Below, one piece after another: positions 55,201 to 64,000 of a stretch of 64,000 nucleotides of DNA. The notes beneath the pieces were generated by a model. That model was not told the origin of the DNA. It saw nothing but the letters and a program-made list of their open reading frames with translations, and ran no database searches. The position numbers and the translations under genes were made by a program. Every line of letters starts with the position of its first letter. The first letter of the stretch is position 1. Source of the stretch: Paraspadella gotoi (taxonomy: Eukaryota; Animalia; Chaetognatha); the NCBI GenBank assembly GCA_051294375.1, contig CM119266.1, forward strand, positions 4,951,770 to 5,015,769, in the 5' to 3' direction.

Positions 55201-58200
55201 AATAAAAATAAAATTGCTATTACAACGAATTTTTCGTTTCATCTCTAAGATAACTATTCTAAATAGCAAAAAAGAAAGTCAAAATACAATAACTACGAAA
55301 TTTAACTGGCGGCGTACCCCAAGCTTTTTATGCCTTCAAAAATTTCGTCAGAAAGACCAGTAGCCCGAAATTGTATCGCAATGGGTGCACATTACTTTCA
55401 AATCTGTGCCGATCTGTAACGCCTCGGTATATTTTGATCATCACCGACTTAGCTGACAAATATATTCCAGTATTATCTACTAAGAGAAGCCTGCATTGTT
55501 GTTATTGGTTAAGGCAAAAAACTCATTATATTCGAATGTAACCTGTAAATTGTTTATTTATAAATCCCCGCTTGATCCTCTACCCGTTATTTTCTATCTT
55601 TTTTTCATGATTATCCCCGGATTTTTATATCTTTAATTTTACCCGGAATTCCGTATTTATTAAATTCCGTCGATGTTGTTTTGTTTTTTTGTTTTTCGCA
55701 CGGCACCGCTTCCGACGCACGCCGCTTCGATCATCTGTCGCAATATGCTTTCGATTGCGTCCGATCCCTTTGCTCGAATTGAACATCGTCGCGCGGTTAT
55801 ATCTTTTTTCATTCTTTAATAAACGAATCATTTTACTTATTTTATTCGAATCCAATTAATTTAAAATCAAAATTATTCCTATTTTTTCTTTTTTCGAATA
55901 AATTATTCCATAAATCTTGATTTGATCATCTCCTAATTTCTACTTTGATTGATCGCTGTCTTTTTCGTCCGTCCGTCCGCACGTCCGTCCTTCATCGAAT
56001 CCGTATGCCCGTCGGTCGTCCGTCTCCGCCACTCGTTGCGCCCTTCCAACGTCCCCTCTCGGAACCGGCCCGACTCCTCCAGACCCCATGCACGTGTCAC
56101 GTCGGCTTTCGCTCTCCCGGCTCCGGAATCTTCAGCGCCGCCGTCGCAGCCGAGCAGCTTCCGCCGCCGCCTTCCGACGACGAGGACGACGATTCCAGCG
56201 TCTCCTCGTCAACGCCTCGCACGCTGTCTCGCCTGACGTCTTCTTTAGCGTCACCCGACGTTACTCCGGCTTTAACGCCGACTCCAGCGCCCTCTACGCT
56301 CGCCACTCCATCTGCGCTCGCCACTCCCGCCACCCCGGATTCTCATTTCTCGCCTCGGATAGATATCATCCCCGAGACGGCGTCCGAATTCGATCCTTTG
56401 TACGAAACCAGAGGATTAGAATTTCAAGCTCCGGTCGCTCAGATCGCGTACGAGAGTCTTTTGTCCGAGTTTCGATCGCGACCGGACTCGGGAGAGTTCG
56501 GACAAAGGTTCGGGTGGAGAGAGTTTATATAAATGAATTTTTAAAAAAAACGTACATTTATTAGAATCTTTTATTATGTATTTATAACAATTTAGTACAT
56601 AAGAATACAATTTAGTTAAAATGAAGATAAGAAATCAAATTTTGAGAAATTTACCATTTCTATTAAAATTCAACTAAATCTTAAAGGCTATTTCCAAAAA
56701 TATACTTAATATTATTATTAATTAATTAATATTAAATTAAGTTAGATATTTAAAAAAAATTCCCCGAAACCTTTTGTTTTTATCCGAATCTCTCCGACTT
56801 CGCCAGATGTCAGCTCCATCCCGACGACGCCATCTCCTCCTACGCGGGCACGCCCACTTTACGCTCCGTCTCCGTGACGGACCCGCCAAGCGTCAACCGT
56901 CTCCGTCCCCGTCAACGGACCGTCAGCGCCATGCGCGCCGCCGAAGCCTTGGCCTCGCCCACAAATTCCGATCACGTGACTTCAGGTCGGCGTCGTCGCC
57001 GGCGTCACGTGTCTTCATCGGCGTCGGTTCCGTCCTGCATGGCGTCGTCTTCGTCCCCGGAACGGTTGGAAGACACCGGTCTCGGCCGCGGCGCTCCCGT
57101 CGTCGTCCGTTCGCGCCGCGCCAACGATAGGGGGCGTGGCACGAGCGACGCCGTCTCGTCAGACGCGAGATGCACGCATCCACAATTCGAGATTCAGCAA
57201 TGGAGAAGAGGACAAAGGATTTCTGAGAATTTGAGCAGAGTCACCAAGGTCGATTGATTATGACCGTTTTGTCGGGCAGTTTGGTCGGTTGTCGGTCTTT
57301 TGTGTCGGTAGCGTTTTACTTTCGCGTTCACAATCTCACTTGCAAGATCAAGATAAAACACGCATTTGTTTTAGATTGATTTCATAAAACCAGATTTACG
57401 ATGGTATTTTCAAAAATGTTTCGTCATCACAGGCCGTTGTCCTAGTTGTTTTTATTAATTTATAATTTTCAATCAGTAAATATATAGATCACTGAATACT
57501 CACAGAATTAGCATGACACAATTTTCACAATTAATTCTCAAGGTTTATACAGGAAATTCTTATTTCCTCCAATAACACTATCAGCCTCTGATCATTTGTT
57601 TTTTTCTCACTCTTTTTTCCCCGTTCCTTCCTCCATCTCGCGGAGCAGCTCATAAACTCAGCCTTGAGTTCGGGAACAAAAGCTGCTTTGGAAGAAGCGA
57701 AGAAAAAAGACACGCCCGAATCATCGGCGCGGGAGTCCGTGTGCACGGGCGGGGGATCGCCCTCTGCCTCACCTAAGGTAAGTTCTTAGAATTATGTTAT
57801 TGATCAAGAATATTGTTTTAGAAAGAAAATAATATTTGATGTTAATCAATGATCCTTGACAAAGACGTTGTAAAAGTTATCAAGAACAGAATCATGAGCA
57901 TTTTAAATTAATTAGTTAATAATAATGAATGAATGATAATGAATTAGATTATTTAATTAGATTATTTAATTAAATTATGCAAATAATAATAAAAAAAAAC
58001 CCCCAGGGTCGGCGCAAGTCCATGCGTCATTCCATCTCCGGCGAATCGACCGGAAGTGGGCGCGGTCGATCCGGCGAATCTCTCGCCAGTCTGCGCGTCC
58101 GCTCCGCCTCTGACGCTTCCGGCGTTCCGTCCAAAACCGGCGCCGCTATTCGGATGACGCCGCTGGTCAGCGAAGATTCCGAAGGAGCCGTCGACGACGC

Positions 58201-58844
58201 CGAGGAACGCGGCGCTGCTGCGTCGACGTCGCCTGCTGCCGGCGTCGACGATGTGGACGTCGCCGTCGACGAACGAATCGAGAAGCGTCAAGTTGAATGG
58301 AAAGAAGGTGAGGCGATCGGAGGGTGAGGTTAAAGGGAGGGTAAGTTTGTTTCTTCGCTGACCGCGATAAAGAATTTAAGTGATTCAAGAATTTAATAAT
58401 TCTGTTATATTCTGATTAATAGTAGTAATTTTTAATAAAATTAAAAGCCTTCGCGTTTAATTTAGTTTGTTAATGTCTCTATCAACGAATTAATGATAAT
58501 AGTTTGTGAAGTAAGGCGGATTATATGCACCGAGCAATAAATTAATTATTAAGCCAATAAATTAAACCAATAAATTATTGCAATCGCGTTCCATTAGTGA
58601 CTCGATCCGTCAGCGTTAAGCTAAAGAACTCAACACTATAAACGAACGAAACTATAAATAGAAATGATTGATTAATTAATTAAGCTAATTAATTTTTTTC
58701 AAGACATGGACGCCGGCCAATCGACGACGACGCCGGCCGGTGACGCCGGCCAATCAGGCGAAGGCGCCGAAGATCGATGGCAGGAGGAACTCGTCTTTGT
58801 GGGCGATTACAAATCCGACTCGTGTTGGGACAAAACTAGACGAG
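287..58844 (+). CDS. PIEZO: Piezo-type mechanosensitive ion channel (partial; host gene spanning the window)
   Basis: GT-AG exons with consistent phases: 287-410, 566-693, 1134-1250, 1656-1796, 15568-15729, 16336-16540, 17239-17299, 17557-17629, 18569-18652, 18954-19039, 19250-19399, 31725-31782, 32327-32429, 33685-33847, 34302-34462, 52696-52832, 57649-57777, 58007-58307, 58704-58844. The translation carries Piezo hallmarks in order: [79 protein letters not shown] (beam), [14 protein letters not shown] (latch). Confidence 0.95.
391..550 (+). repeat. 40-bp tandem repeat x4 spanning a Piezo splice donor
   Basis: Unit gccattcatttccatcgtgg|gtaagttaatttatgaacag, alternating two variants. Confidence 0.95.
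946..1085 (+). mobile_element. Possible tRNA-derived SINE head
   Basis: B-box-like gggttcaatccc near 992-1003, preceded by a weak A-box-like tggacagctaagt; no full cloverleaf. Confidence 0.3.
2286..2450 (+). repeat. Dispersed ~165-bp repeat family (other copies ~3690-3800, 9345-9535, 20393-20520, fragment 38120)
   Basis: Shared tgaaattggtacaacc..attcatttaataaataagctatcttgccc..aggcctccatc..gcagg..tgcaagctttcaatcaagact. Confidence 0.8.
2524..14032 (-). CDS. PPIP5K: Inositol hexakisphosphate/diphosphoinositol-pentakisphosphate kinase (PPIP5K/VIP1), ~1100 aa, nested antisense in a Piezo intron
   Basis: 15 exons: 13759-14032, 13086-13303, 9102-9283, 8404-8509, 7965-8104, 7383-7576, 6923-~7078, 6108-6499, 5901-5999, 5163-5463, 4822-4997, 4372-4546, 3858-4084, 3309-3565, 2524-2926. 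Motifs: [59 protein letters not shown] (ATP-grasp kinase); [59 protein letters not shown] (His-phosphatase). Confidence 0.96.
6565..6800. repeat. ~120-bp intronic tandem duplication
   Basis: caaaatcggacgttaggtaaaataatgtaatac...aatgtattta occurs twice. Confidence 0.9.
9731..10290. repeat. 40-bp minisatellite, ~14 copies
   Basis: Unit gaatgtgattggtcgagattggattctttgatttcttttc. Confidence 0.97.
11485..11538. repeat. 12-bp tandem repeat (gtcggagtagcg)x4
   Basis: Direct reading; related to the reverse-complement cactccgaccga array at 51610-51910. Confidence 0.85.
12560..12680 (+). mobile_element. Helentron/HINE (DINE-1-like) element 3' remnant
   Basis: (cagacagaccga)n tract followed by the hairpin gtcgcttcgcgac and an A-tract. 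Confidence 0.4.
12750..12960. repeat. ~60-bp tandem repeat x3 with (gaaa)n
   Basis: gaaatcaagtgaa..aagataagcgaagattcaaaatttgaa repeated. Confidence 0.85.
15568..19399 (+). CDS. PIEZO: Piezo exon cluster 2 (seven exons)
   Basis: [16 protein letters not shown]...IWPFFL...|[17 protein letters not shown]...[14 protein letters not shown]|VFGMEK...|...|[13 protein letters not shown]..|[26 protein letters not shown]. Confidence 0.92.
19767..25255 (-). CDS. Type II transmembrane C-type lectin-domain protein (~528 aa), nested antisense in a Piezo intron
   Basis: Phase-consistent exons 25234-25255 (tentative start), 23564-24253 (Q/D/N/H-rich tail), 22933-23130 ([25 protein letters not shown]), 21635-21797 and 21108-21224 (neck, CP), 20832-20904 (TCYLF..WNEAQ), 20101-20316 ([35 protein letters not shown]), 19767-19874 (C..WTSYDC..FVCQ). 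Confidence 0.88.
21400..21702 (-). repeat. 91-bp tandem repeat (~3.3 copies) duplicating the lectin neck exon end and its donor
   Basis: Each unit is a 69-nt exon-tail copy plus a 22-nt spacer. Confidence 0.95.
28198..28486. other. Assembly gap (others at 12600, 35256, 36216, 38004, 38546, 50444)
   Basis: N runs. Confidence 1.
31725..34462 (+). CDS. PIEZO: Piezo exon cluster 3 (TM helices into the beam)
   Basis: [19 protein letters not shown]|VVGCV...[11 protein letters not shown]|..[32 protein letters not shown]|[27 protein letters not shown]. The 33685 acceptor is uncertain; an alternative lies near 33645. Confidence 0.9.
33215..33410. mobile_element. MITE-like element with ~29-bp imperfect TIRs and an internal (CCCTAA)-like tract
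   Basis: ggtaaaattttactttcgccgaccggtgtt ... aactccagtcggcgaaagtaaaattaacc; duplicate at ~38951-39147. Confidence 0.75.
34450..34686 (+). repeat. 44-bp tandem repeat x5+ spanning the Piezo beam-exon donor
   Basis: Unit gatcactacgagg|gtgagtttatcatttgaacgctgaagacaaa starting at 34450, 34494, 34538, 34582 and 34626. Confidence 0.95.
34936..35099. repeat. 25-bp minisatellite (~6.5 copies)
   Basis: Unit aatatgaaacttataatggattaat; also in the duplicated copy ~40655-40815. Confidence 0.9.
35692..37004 (+). CDS. Intronless orphan ORF (~400 aa, K/F/I-rich) in a Piezo intron, interrupted by an assembly gap
   Basis: ATG 35692 is open up to the N-gap at 36216; the post-gap frame is open to a stop at 37004; the duplicate copy (41630-41730) bridges the gap with one indel. 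No family recognised. Confidence 0.55.
39415..40187 (+). pseudogene. PIEZO: Duplicate copies of two Piezo beam exons with indels
   Basis: Match 33685-33847 and 34302-34462 but are frameshifted (gctttcgcc, gatcaccgc, atatgggac) and the first donor has lost a G. Confidence 0.6.
41118..42318 (+). pseudogene. Indel-ridden second copy of the 35692-37004 ORF (probably alternative haplotype or noisy gap-fill)
   Basis: Near-identical to 35692-37004 with multiple 1-nt indels; lies inside the duplicated block. Confidence 0.5.
43219..47953 (-). CDS. Small leucine-rich repeat protein, LRRC20-like (~264 aa), nested antisense in a Piezo intron
   Basis: Exons 47893-47953 and 47406-47569 (5' part tentative), 47092-47178, 46230-46373 ([24 protein letters not shown]), 45579-45685 ([22 protein letters not shown]), 43995-44112 ([24 protein letters not shown]), 43219-43332 (ELDLHGNPF, acidic tail). 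Repeat order and length recall LRRC20 from memory. Confidence 0.8.
44098..44205 (-). repeat. 31-bp tandem repeat x3.5 spanning an LRR-gene splice acceptor
   Basis: Minus-strand unit ttttgtttcccgccag|tttctccattttccc. Confidence 0.92.
48985..49460. repeat. 16-bp satellite (gaatgatttaagtagt)n, ~29 copies
   Basis: Direct reading, with scattered indels. Confidence 0.95.
49440..51445. repeat. ~1-kb tandem duplication across an N-gap (49440-50443 vs 50470-51445)
   Basis: Co-linear copies differing by small indels; gap at the junction. Confidence 0.92.
51610..51910. repeat. Degenerate 12-bp repeat (cactccgaccga/cactcctaccaa)
   Basis: Direct reading. Confidence 0.8.
52696..52832 (+). CDS. PIEZO: Piezo latch exon
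   Basis: cacag|(A)[19 protein letters not shown]...GPLQ|gtgag; its phase-1 start matches the donor at 34462. Confidence 0.9.
53111..53153 (-). ncRNA. Minimal type I hammerhead ribozyme motif in the Penelope pLTR
   Basis: Minus strand TG-CTGATGA-A-GACTC-gcaaaaactaa-GAGTC-GAAA-CATGTA-CA: core boxes, 5-bp stem II, palindromic ACATGT stem III. Confidence 0.7.
55156..55198 (+). ncRNA. Second hammerhead copy (core C missing) in the 3' pLTR
   Basis: ttg-TGATGA-AGACTC...GAGTC-GAAACATGTAC; lacks the first C of CUGAUGA. Confidence 0.5.
56083..57248 (+). CDS. Two putative optional or alternative-first Piezo exons (56083-56507, 56807-57248), S/P/T-rich and disordered
   Basis: Open frames with AG/GT boundaries; phases 0-2 and 2-0 splice in frame between exons ending 52832 and starting 57649; there is also an in-frame ATG at 56005. 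Confidence 0.55.
57649..58844 (+). CDS. PIEZO: Piezo exon cluster 4 (clasp and disordered loop)
   Basis: [20 protein letters not shown]..|GRRKSMRHS..|DMDAGQ..; phases 0/0, 0/1, 1/1; GPLQ|LINSAL corresponds to the clasp-region SAFQLAYQAW of vertebrate Piezo1. Confidence 0.75.
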
Positions 58845-59591
58845 GTATTGGTCACTTTCTTTTATTAGGTGCGCCGCGAGTATTAGCAAAGCATCTCTAT
58901 AATACTTGTCGGTCGGTCGGTCAGTCTTTCTATTTAATTCTGTTTGATAAAAATATAAATAATTTTGATAATATAATATTATTTTAACTAATACTGATGC
59001 TCTGTTAATATAATTTGAGATGCTTGATGTGCTGTTATGTGATCATTGCAAAATTCAATGACTTAACCATAAATTTGTTATTAATTTAAAAAATATAAGT
59101 GAAGAAGGTAATGTGGTGCAACATCTAGAAGTTTTACTTTCTTGTTTTTCTATCTGTTTGATCATGTTCAACAATTTAACTCAATCTATTCATCGTGTTT
59201 TTAAAACAAAAACTCGTTAAAAAACGTTTCTCGAAAGACCGATTTGTTATTAGACTTAATAATATATTAAAACATATTGAAACATGTTTGAGATCAAAAA
59301 ATGGGGTCAGGTTATAGAAGAGAAATTTTGTAGATTTAAATGTATTTAAATGGAATCTCTTTTTCCGTGAAATGTATCCTGGCTGGTTAAGATTTTTTTA
59401 ATTTAGCCAAGAAAGTTGATAATCTTTATTTTGTAGGAATTTGTAATGTTCAAAGATTGTTACTAGATATTGCTTGAAGAGAAATAGTCGAATTTAAGTC
59501 CCTCCCTGTCATGTCACAATTCTGAATGACCAATCACAATAAAGAATTAATCGAAATCCGCCAATAGAAAGGAGCGAACTTGTTTGCTTCT

Positions 59592-62500
59592 TCAAGTCGA
59601 TGTTTCGTTGGCGTCGGAAGCGTTCGTTGGTTGATCATCGACGTTTGGCGTTTCGACTGTTATCTTATCGATGGTCAGTGAAACGTCGCTCATTATCTCA
59701 CCGCCGCCGCCGCTGGCTCCGCCGCCGCCGCCGCTGGCGCCGCCGCTGGCTCCGCCGCCGTCGCCGCTACCGCCGCTGACAACACAGCCATCGCCGCCAC
59801 TAATGGCCACCGCCTTACGGCCCGCGCATCCATCATCACCCCCGGTACTAACACCGCCGTCTCCCCTGCAAACTGCCAAGCTGTCACCGCCGCCACTGCT
59901 GCTGAGAATGAAGCCGTCGCCACTACTAACGGGACTCATCTTACCACCAGCGCTTACAGCGTCATCGACACTACTAATACCGCCGTCTCCCCTGCAAACA
60001 GCTGAGCTGTCACCGCCGCTGCAAGTAACACCACCACTGCCGCCATTAACACCGAACCCATTGCCTCCTCCATCACATATACCGTCGCTGCCACCGCCAC
60101 CGGCGCCGACACCGCCGCTGACGCCCTCTCCACCCTTTCTTTCACCATTGCCTTCGGCTTGACCGATTGTCTTTTTGTTCGATTCCGCTTTTAAAGCGAC
60201 GTTAGCGCCGTCGTTTTCAACGGTGTCCATCGAAACATCGGCAGGCGTCGCTTTAATCTGAGTTGGAATTTCTGTCGACGTTTCTTGTTTTTCTTTGGCC
60301 GAAACTGAAGCCATTCCGTTGCCATCCATCATGTCATGGGATGATTGCTTTTTATGATGGAAAATAAGAAAGGGTAAATTTAAATTTGGTAAACATTGGC
60401 AGGCTAACATAGTAGCCACTATCATTTAAATCTTTATCGCAACTGTATTTAAAATCCTCATTGTAAACGTTATGAATGTTTAAAAAAATATATATGTATA
60501 TTTTTTTAGTTTTTTTGACAAACATTATTTTTTTTTAATTTCATGAATTTAATGCCCTAGAAATGAGAAAGAAATTCAAAACTCTAAATCTGTGTATTTT
60601 TCTTGACCGCTGACTCAGCATTTTTTCAACCTAAGCCAGAATGAATTTATAAATATATAAATAAATAGAATTAAATTAAATATAAGTGACTTATTTATAA
60701 TTTAACGACTTTTATAATAAAGTTAAAAAAATATTTTATTATAAATAATTTAGCGATACTTGATACTAGCATACTTGAGCATAATTTTCTGTTACCACCA
60801 TGTTACCAATTTTGGTCCCGAATATTGTAACAGACAATTCCTAAGCCATTTGTATTATGTACCTGAATCAAACTCGGTGATTTAGCCGGCATCTGCGACG
60901 GGGGCTTCGAGGCATTTTTAAGGACTATGTTGAGCGGCTTTGGTATGTCCAAAGGTTTCAAAGTGTAAGACTTGAAAGGTCTTCGGGTTCCGATGGACAT
61001 GGATCCTGAAGGCGTTTTCGGGAGAAGTTTCTTGGCGGCGGGATTGAAGCCCATACTGGTTGCCTTGGAGATGGGACTCGGCTGGTCAGTCTTCTTTGAT
61101 GAATCTTTCGTGGGAGGCATTTCAAAATCATAGAGGGCGTCAGCGTCCGATGCGACCGTCTTTGAAGGAACCGGGGAGAAGGAAATCGGGGAACCGACGA
61201 GACTGGAATATGAAGTGGGCCCCGTGCTTGAGGCACTTGTCGGCGGTTGTTGTCTATTCGGATATGGCTGTCTCATGGGAGGTTGTTGTCTCATGGGAGG
61301 TTGTCTATTTGAATGTTGCTGCATCATTGGAGGCCGGTGTCTCATTGTGGACTGGTGTCTAATTTGCTGTGAAATCGGTGGACGTTGTCTGAAAGGAATT
61401 TGATGCCTGATTGGAAAGTGAGGTTGATGTCTTATTGCTGGTTGATGTCCAATATGACATTGATGCTCAGTTGTAAAATGTTGTAAAAATGGAGGATGCT
61501 GCTCCGCTTGAGTTTGCTGTAATATTGGAGGTTGCTGCCCAATTTGTGGTTGCTGTAATATTGGAGGTTGCTCTACAATTGAAGGTGGCTGCTCAATTTG
61601 AGGTTGCATTGACATTGGGGATAGTGGACTAATTGGAGATCGGGGATCCGTGGGTGGTTGCTGTGTTAATAAAGGTTGCTGAGAAATTGTAGACTGTCCC
61701 GAATTGCCTTGAGGTCCCGTTGATGGCGTCGTCACCTCCATCTGACTCTTAACTCCTGCAGATTGGGCTATTCCATCCATGAGTCCTTGGATCTCTTTTC
61801 TTTTTGACCTTCCAGGATCTGGGGATCTAGACATGCCGCGGTAGGACAGGTGGAGATCAGACAGCACGGCAGGATTTCCAATTTCTATTCCTTTATGCAG
61901 TTTAGTATTACGAATGCTTCCCAGCTTAGTCTTTTCTATTCGCTTACGCAGATTATCAGACATCCACTTATCCCGGTTTATTGGATTCGAAATCGATTTC
62001 GTTGGTTGTTTCATCTCGTCGCCTGATGAACTAGAACTCGATCGCCATGAGTCTCTCTTCAAATCTGAATCATCAAAAACGTTTCTACCAATACCCCTTT
62101 TATCAGTGTCTCTTTTGTCATCATAACTTTGCCTATCTTCGTATAATTTGATCTTTACCCGCTCTCTCGATCCAGATCTCCTGCCTGAGGATCTGTCGGT
62201 CTCCTTATCATAATTGGGACTATAACTACGTCGCCTTTGCGGCGGCGGCGGCGGAGTGTAAGCTCCCCGGTTTTTTCTCATCTTTTCCGGTGATCGGGTT
62301 GAATCAGAATTATTCCTCATTCTCTTATTTCTCTCGCTCGAATTTGACCTGGACCTTTCACGGGATTTGGGGTCAAAATTGCGAGTCCTCTCAGCCGATC
62401 GAGGCTTTTCGTTCGATCCGGATCTAGGGGCTTTTGACGAAGACGTTGACGACGAAGCCTGGTTCGAGTTTCTCGACTCTTGTCGCCTGCCCGATGGACT

Positions 62501-63944
62501 GCTCCAATAATCACTCCTTCCGCCCTCCATCTCCTTATTCTTTCTGGCCAAATACTGAGCGGGTGGATGGTAACAAGGCTCATTTATTCTCTTTGGCCCC
62601 CACAAGAGATTGGTCGTTTGCGGAGTCAAATTGGATAAGTTTCTTGGATGCAATTGAGCGTTTCTCACGTTGGCCGTGCTTCTTTGAAGAGCGCTGTTCC
62701 GACGAACGCTGTTCAGGATTCTCTGTTTGTTATGATTGTCTGTGAAGGCCGGCCTCTTTAATGTCACCTTTCTTTCCGAATCAGACTCGGGAGAGATCGG
62801 CATCGGGTGATCGATCGTCTCTTGCTGTTGTTGTGCCTTTTGCGTAACTTTTATCTGAATTTCTCCCAAATGTTTAGCGAATTCTCTCTCTTTGTCGTTA
62901 GATTGATCTTCGCTTTTCGTTTTGTCCTCATTTTTATCATCAGATCCGAGTTTTATGATAACCTCCTCTTTTTCTTTAGAATCCAATAAATCATTCAAGT
63001 CGGTCGCCATTTTGTCTTCGTCTTTGGCGACATTTTCAACTTGAGTGGCTCCATCTTTAAAACTCAAACCGTTTCCTTTCTGAGTCTCTTGATCTCTAGT
63101 TATCAAACAAAGCGAACCAGTGAGGTTTTTGACCCAGTCCGCCTGAACTCCTTTGTCCTCGTAAACGTTGACATTTTCCACTTGTGTCTCTTTGTCCTTG
63201 AACAATCTGACCATGTCTGCTTGAATGGCCTTTTCGCGAGTGGGCTTGACTATCTCTACTTGAACACCTTCATCGGACTGTTTGACGACGAGTTTCTTGG
63301 TGGGTTGTTTATCAAAGGTGTAATACTGATGTTTCAACGTCTCTGTCAGCGCTTCGAAGTAACTGTTGATATCATCCTTTTTTTTGGGGGGGGTGGGAAA
63401 TAATAGGTTATTTTATATTGATCAATAAATAAATGATCGATTTTGATGTTTAGGGAAAGGTTAATTTTATTTTATTTTAAAATAAATTTTTAAATTTCTA
63501 GTAACATTTGTATTGAATTTTTTCATGTTTTTATTATTATATTTTATTTATATTTTTTCATTATAATATTGCCTTATATGTTAAATTTAATAAAAACAAT
63601 GCTTATAAAAATCTTTATCAGTGATTCAATATTTAAATTTGTTAAATTAAAAAAAAAAGAAAAATACAAATTTCTTGTTTCATTTTCGTTTTTTTATTTA
63701 CTTGGAAGACCCAAAACTTGCTTTTTTGTTCTTCATTTTCACGCACAGAACTCTGGCACATTGCACATATTCCCATACTACATACTGTGAGATTGTTTTC
63801 CTCCGTCTTGGTCTTGCAACTTTGGCACAATGTTGGAAATATATCCATAGTTTTCTCCATTAATGAATTCACAACACACGTGATAAACTGAAGTTGAACC
63901 AAAATGTCGTCGATTCCGTAGAGATCTTCGTTTTTCTCGTCCAT
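59592..63944 (-). CDS. Uncharacterised ~1170-aa low-complexity protein (Cys-rich N-terminus, TQ-motif cluster, RS-, QP- and G-rich regions), antisense in a presumed Piezo intron
   Basis: Three exons joined by phase-0 GT-AG introns: 63702-63944 (caa|gtaaat), 60863-63376 (aag|gat ... cag|gtacat), 59592-60347 (aag|caa); a 2.5-kb open frame in AT-rich DNA. Confidence 0.8.
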
Positions 63945-64000
63945 CTTTTTATGTTTTGTGGTTTTTGTTTTTGTTTTTGTTTTGTGTTTTTTGTTTCAAT

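Larger units (their letters stand above)
53064..55289 (+). mobile_element. 5'-truncated Penelope-like retroelement (RT C-terminus + GIY-YIG endonuclease) with inverted pLTR
   Basis: Frameshifted peptides [18 protein letters not shown]....[19 protein letters not shown] and [22 protein letters not shown]. 53064-53200 is the reverse complement of 55110-55247. A 15-bp direct repeat TAACTACGAAATTTA at 53049-53063 and 55290-55304 looks like a TSD. Confidence 0.9.

Noticed and set aside
60803-63337. 844-aa ORF as a retrotransposon gag/pol or standalone gene
   Set aside because: No CCHC, RT or integrase motifs; it is bounded by splice sites joining neighbouring exons in frame.

Overview
AT-rich, (AG)n-microsatellite-rich eukaryotic (metazoan invertebrate-like) draft genome segment with several N-gaps. 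The whole window lies inside one large + strand Piezo mechanosensitive channel gene: 19 phase-consistent exons plus 2 optional ones, covering the blade THUs, beam and latch/clasp; the 5' and 3' ends are outside the window. Its big introns hold four multi-exon genes on the opposite strand: a 15-exon PPIP5K/VIP1 inositol pyrophosphate kinase-phosphatase, a type II transmembrane C-type lectin, an LRRC20-like LRR gene needing a GC-AG intron, and a ~1170-aa disordered protein with clustered LC8/TQT-like motifs. They also hold a sense-strand intronless orphan ORF and a 5'-truncated Penelope-like retroelement with an inverted pLTR, a hammerhead ribozyme motif and a 15-bp TSD. A recurring oddity is tandem repeats that duplicate exon/intron junctions, two of which create in-frame candidate micro/cassette exons. 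Duplications at 32.8-43.9 kb and 49.4-51.4 kb abut gaps and are probably uncollapsed haplotypes. All gene models were built by eye from splice signals, intron phase and remembered family sequences; no database search was run.
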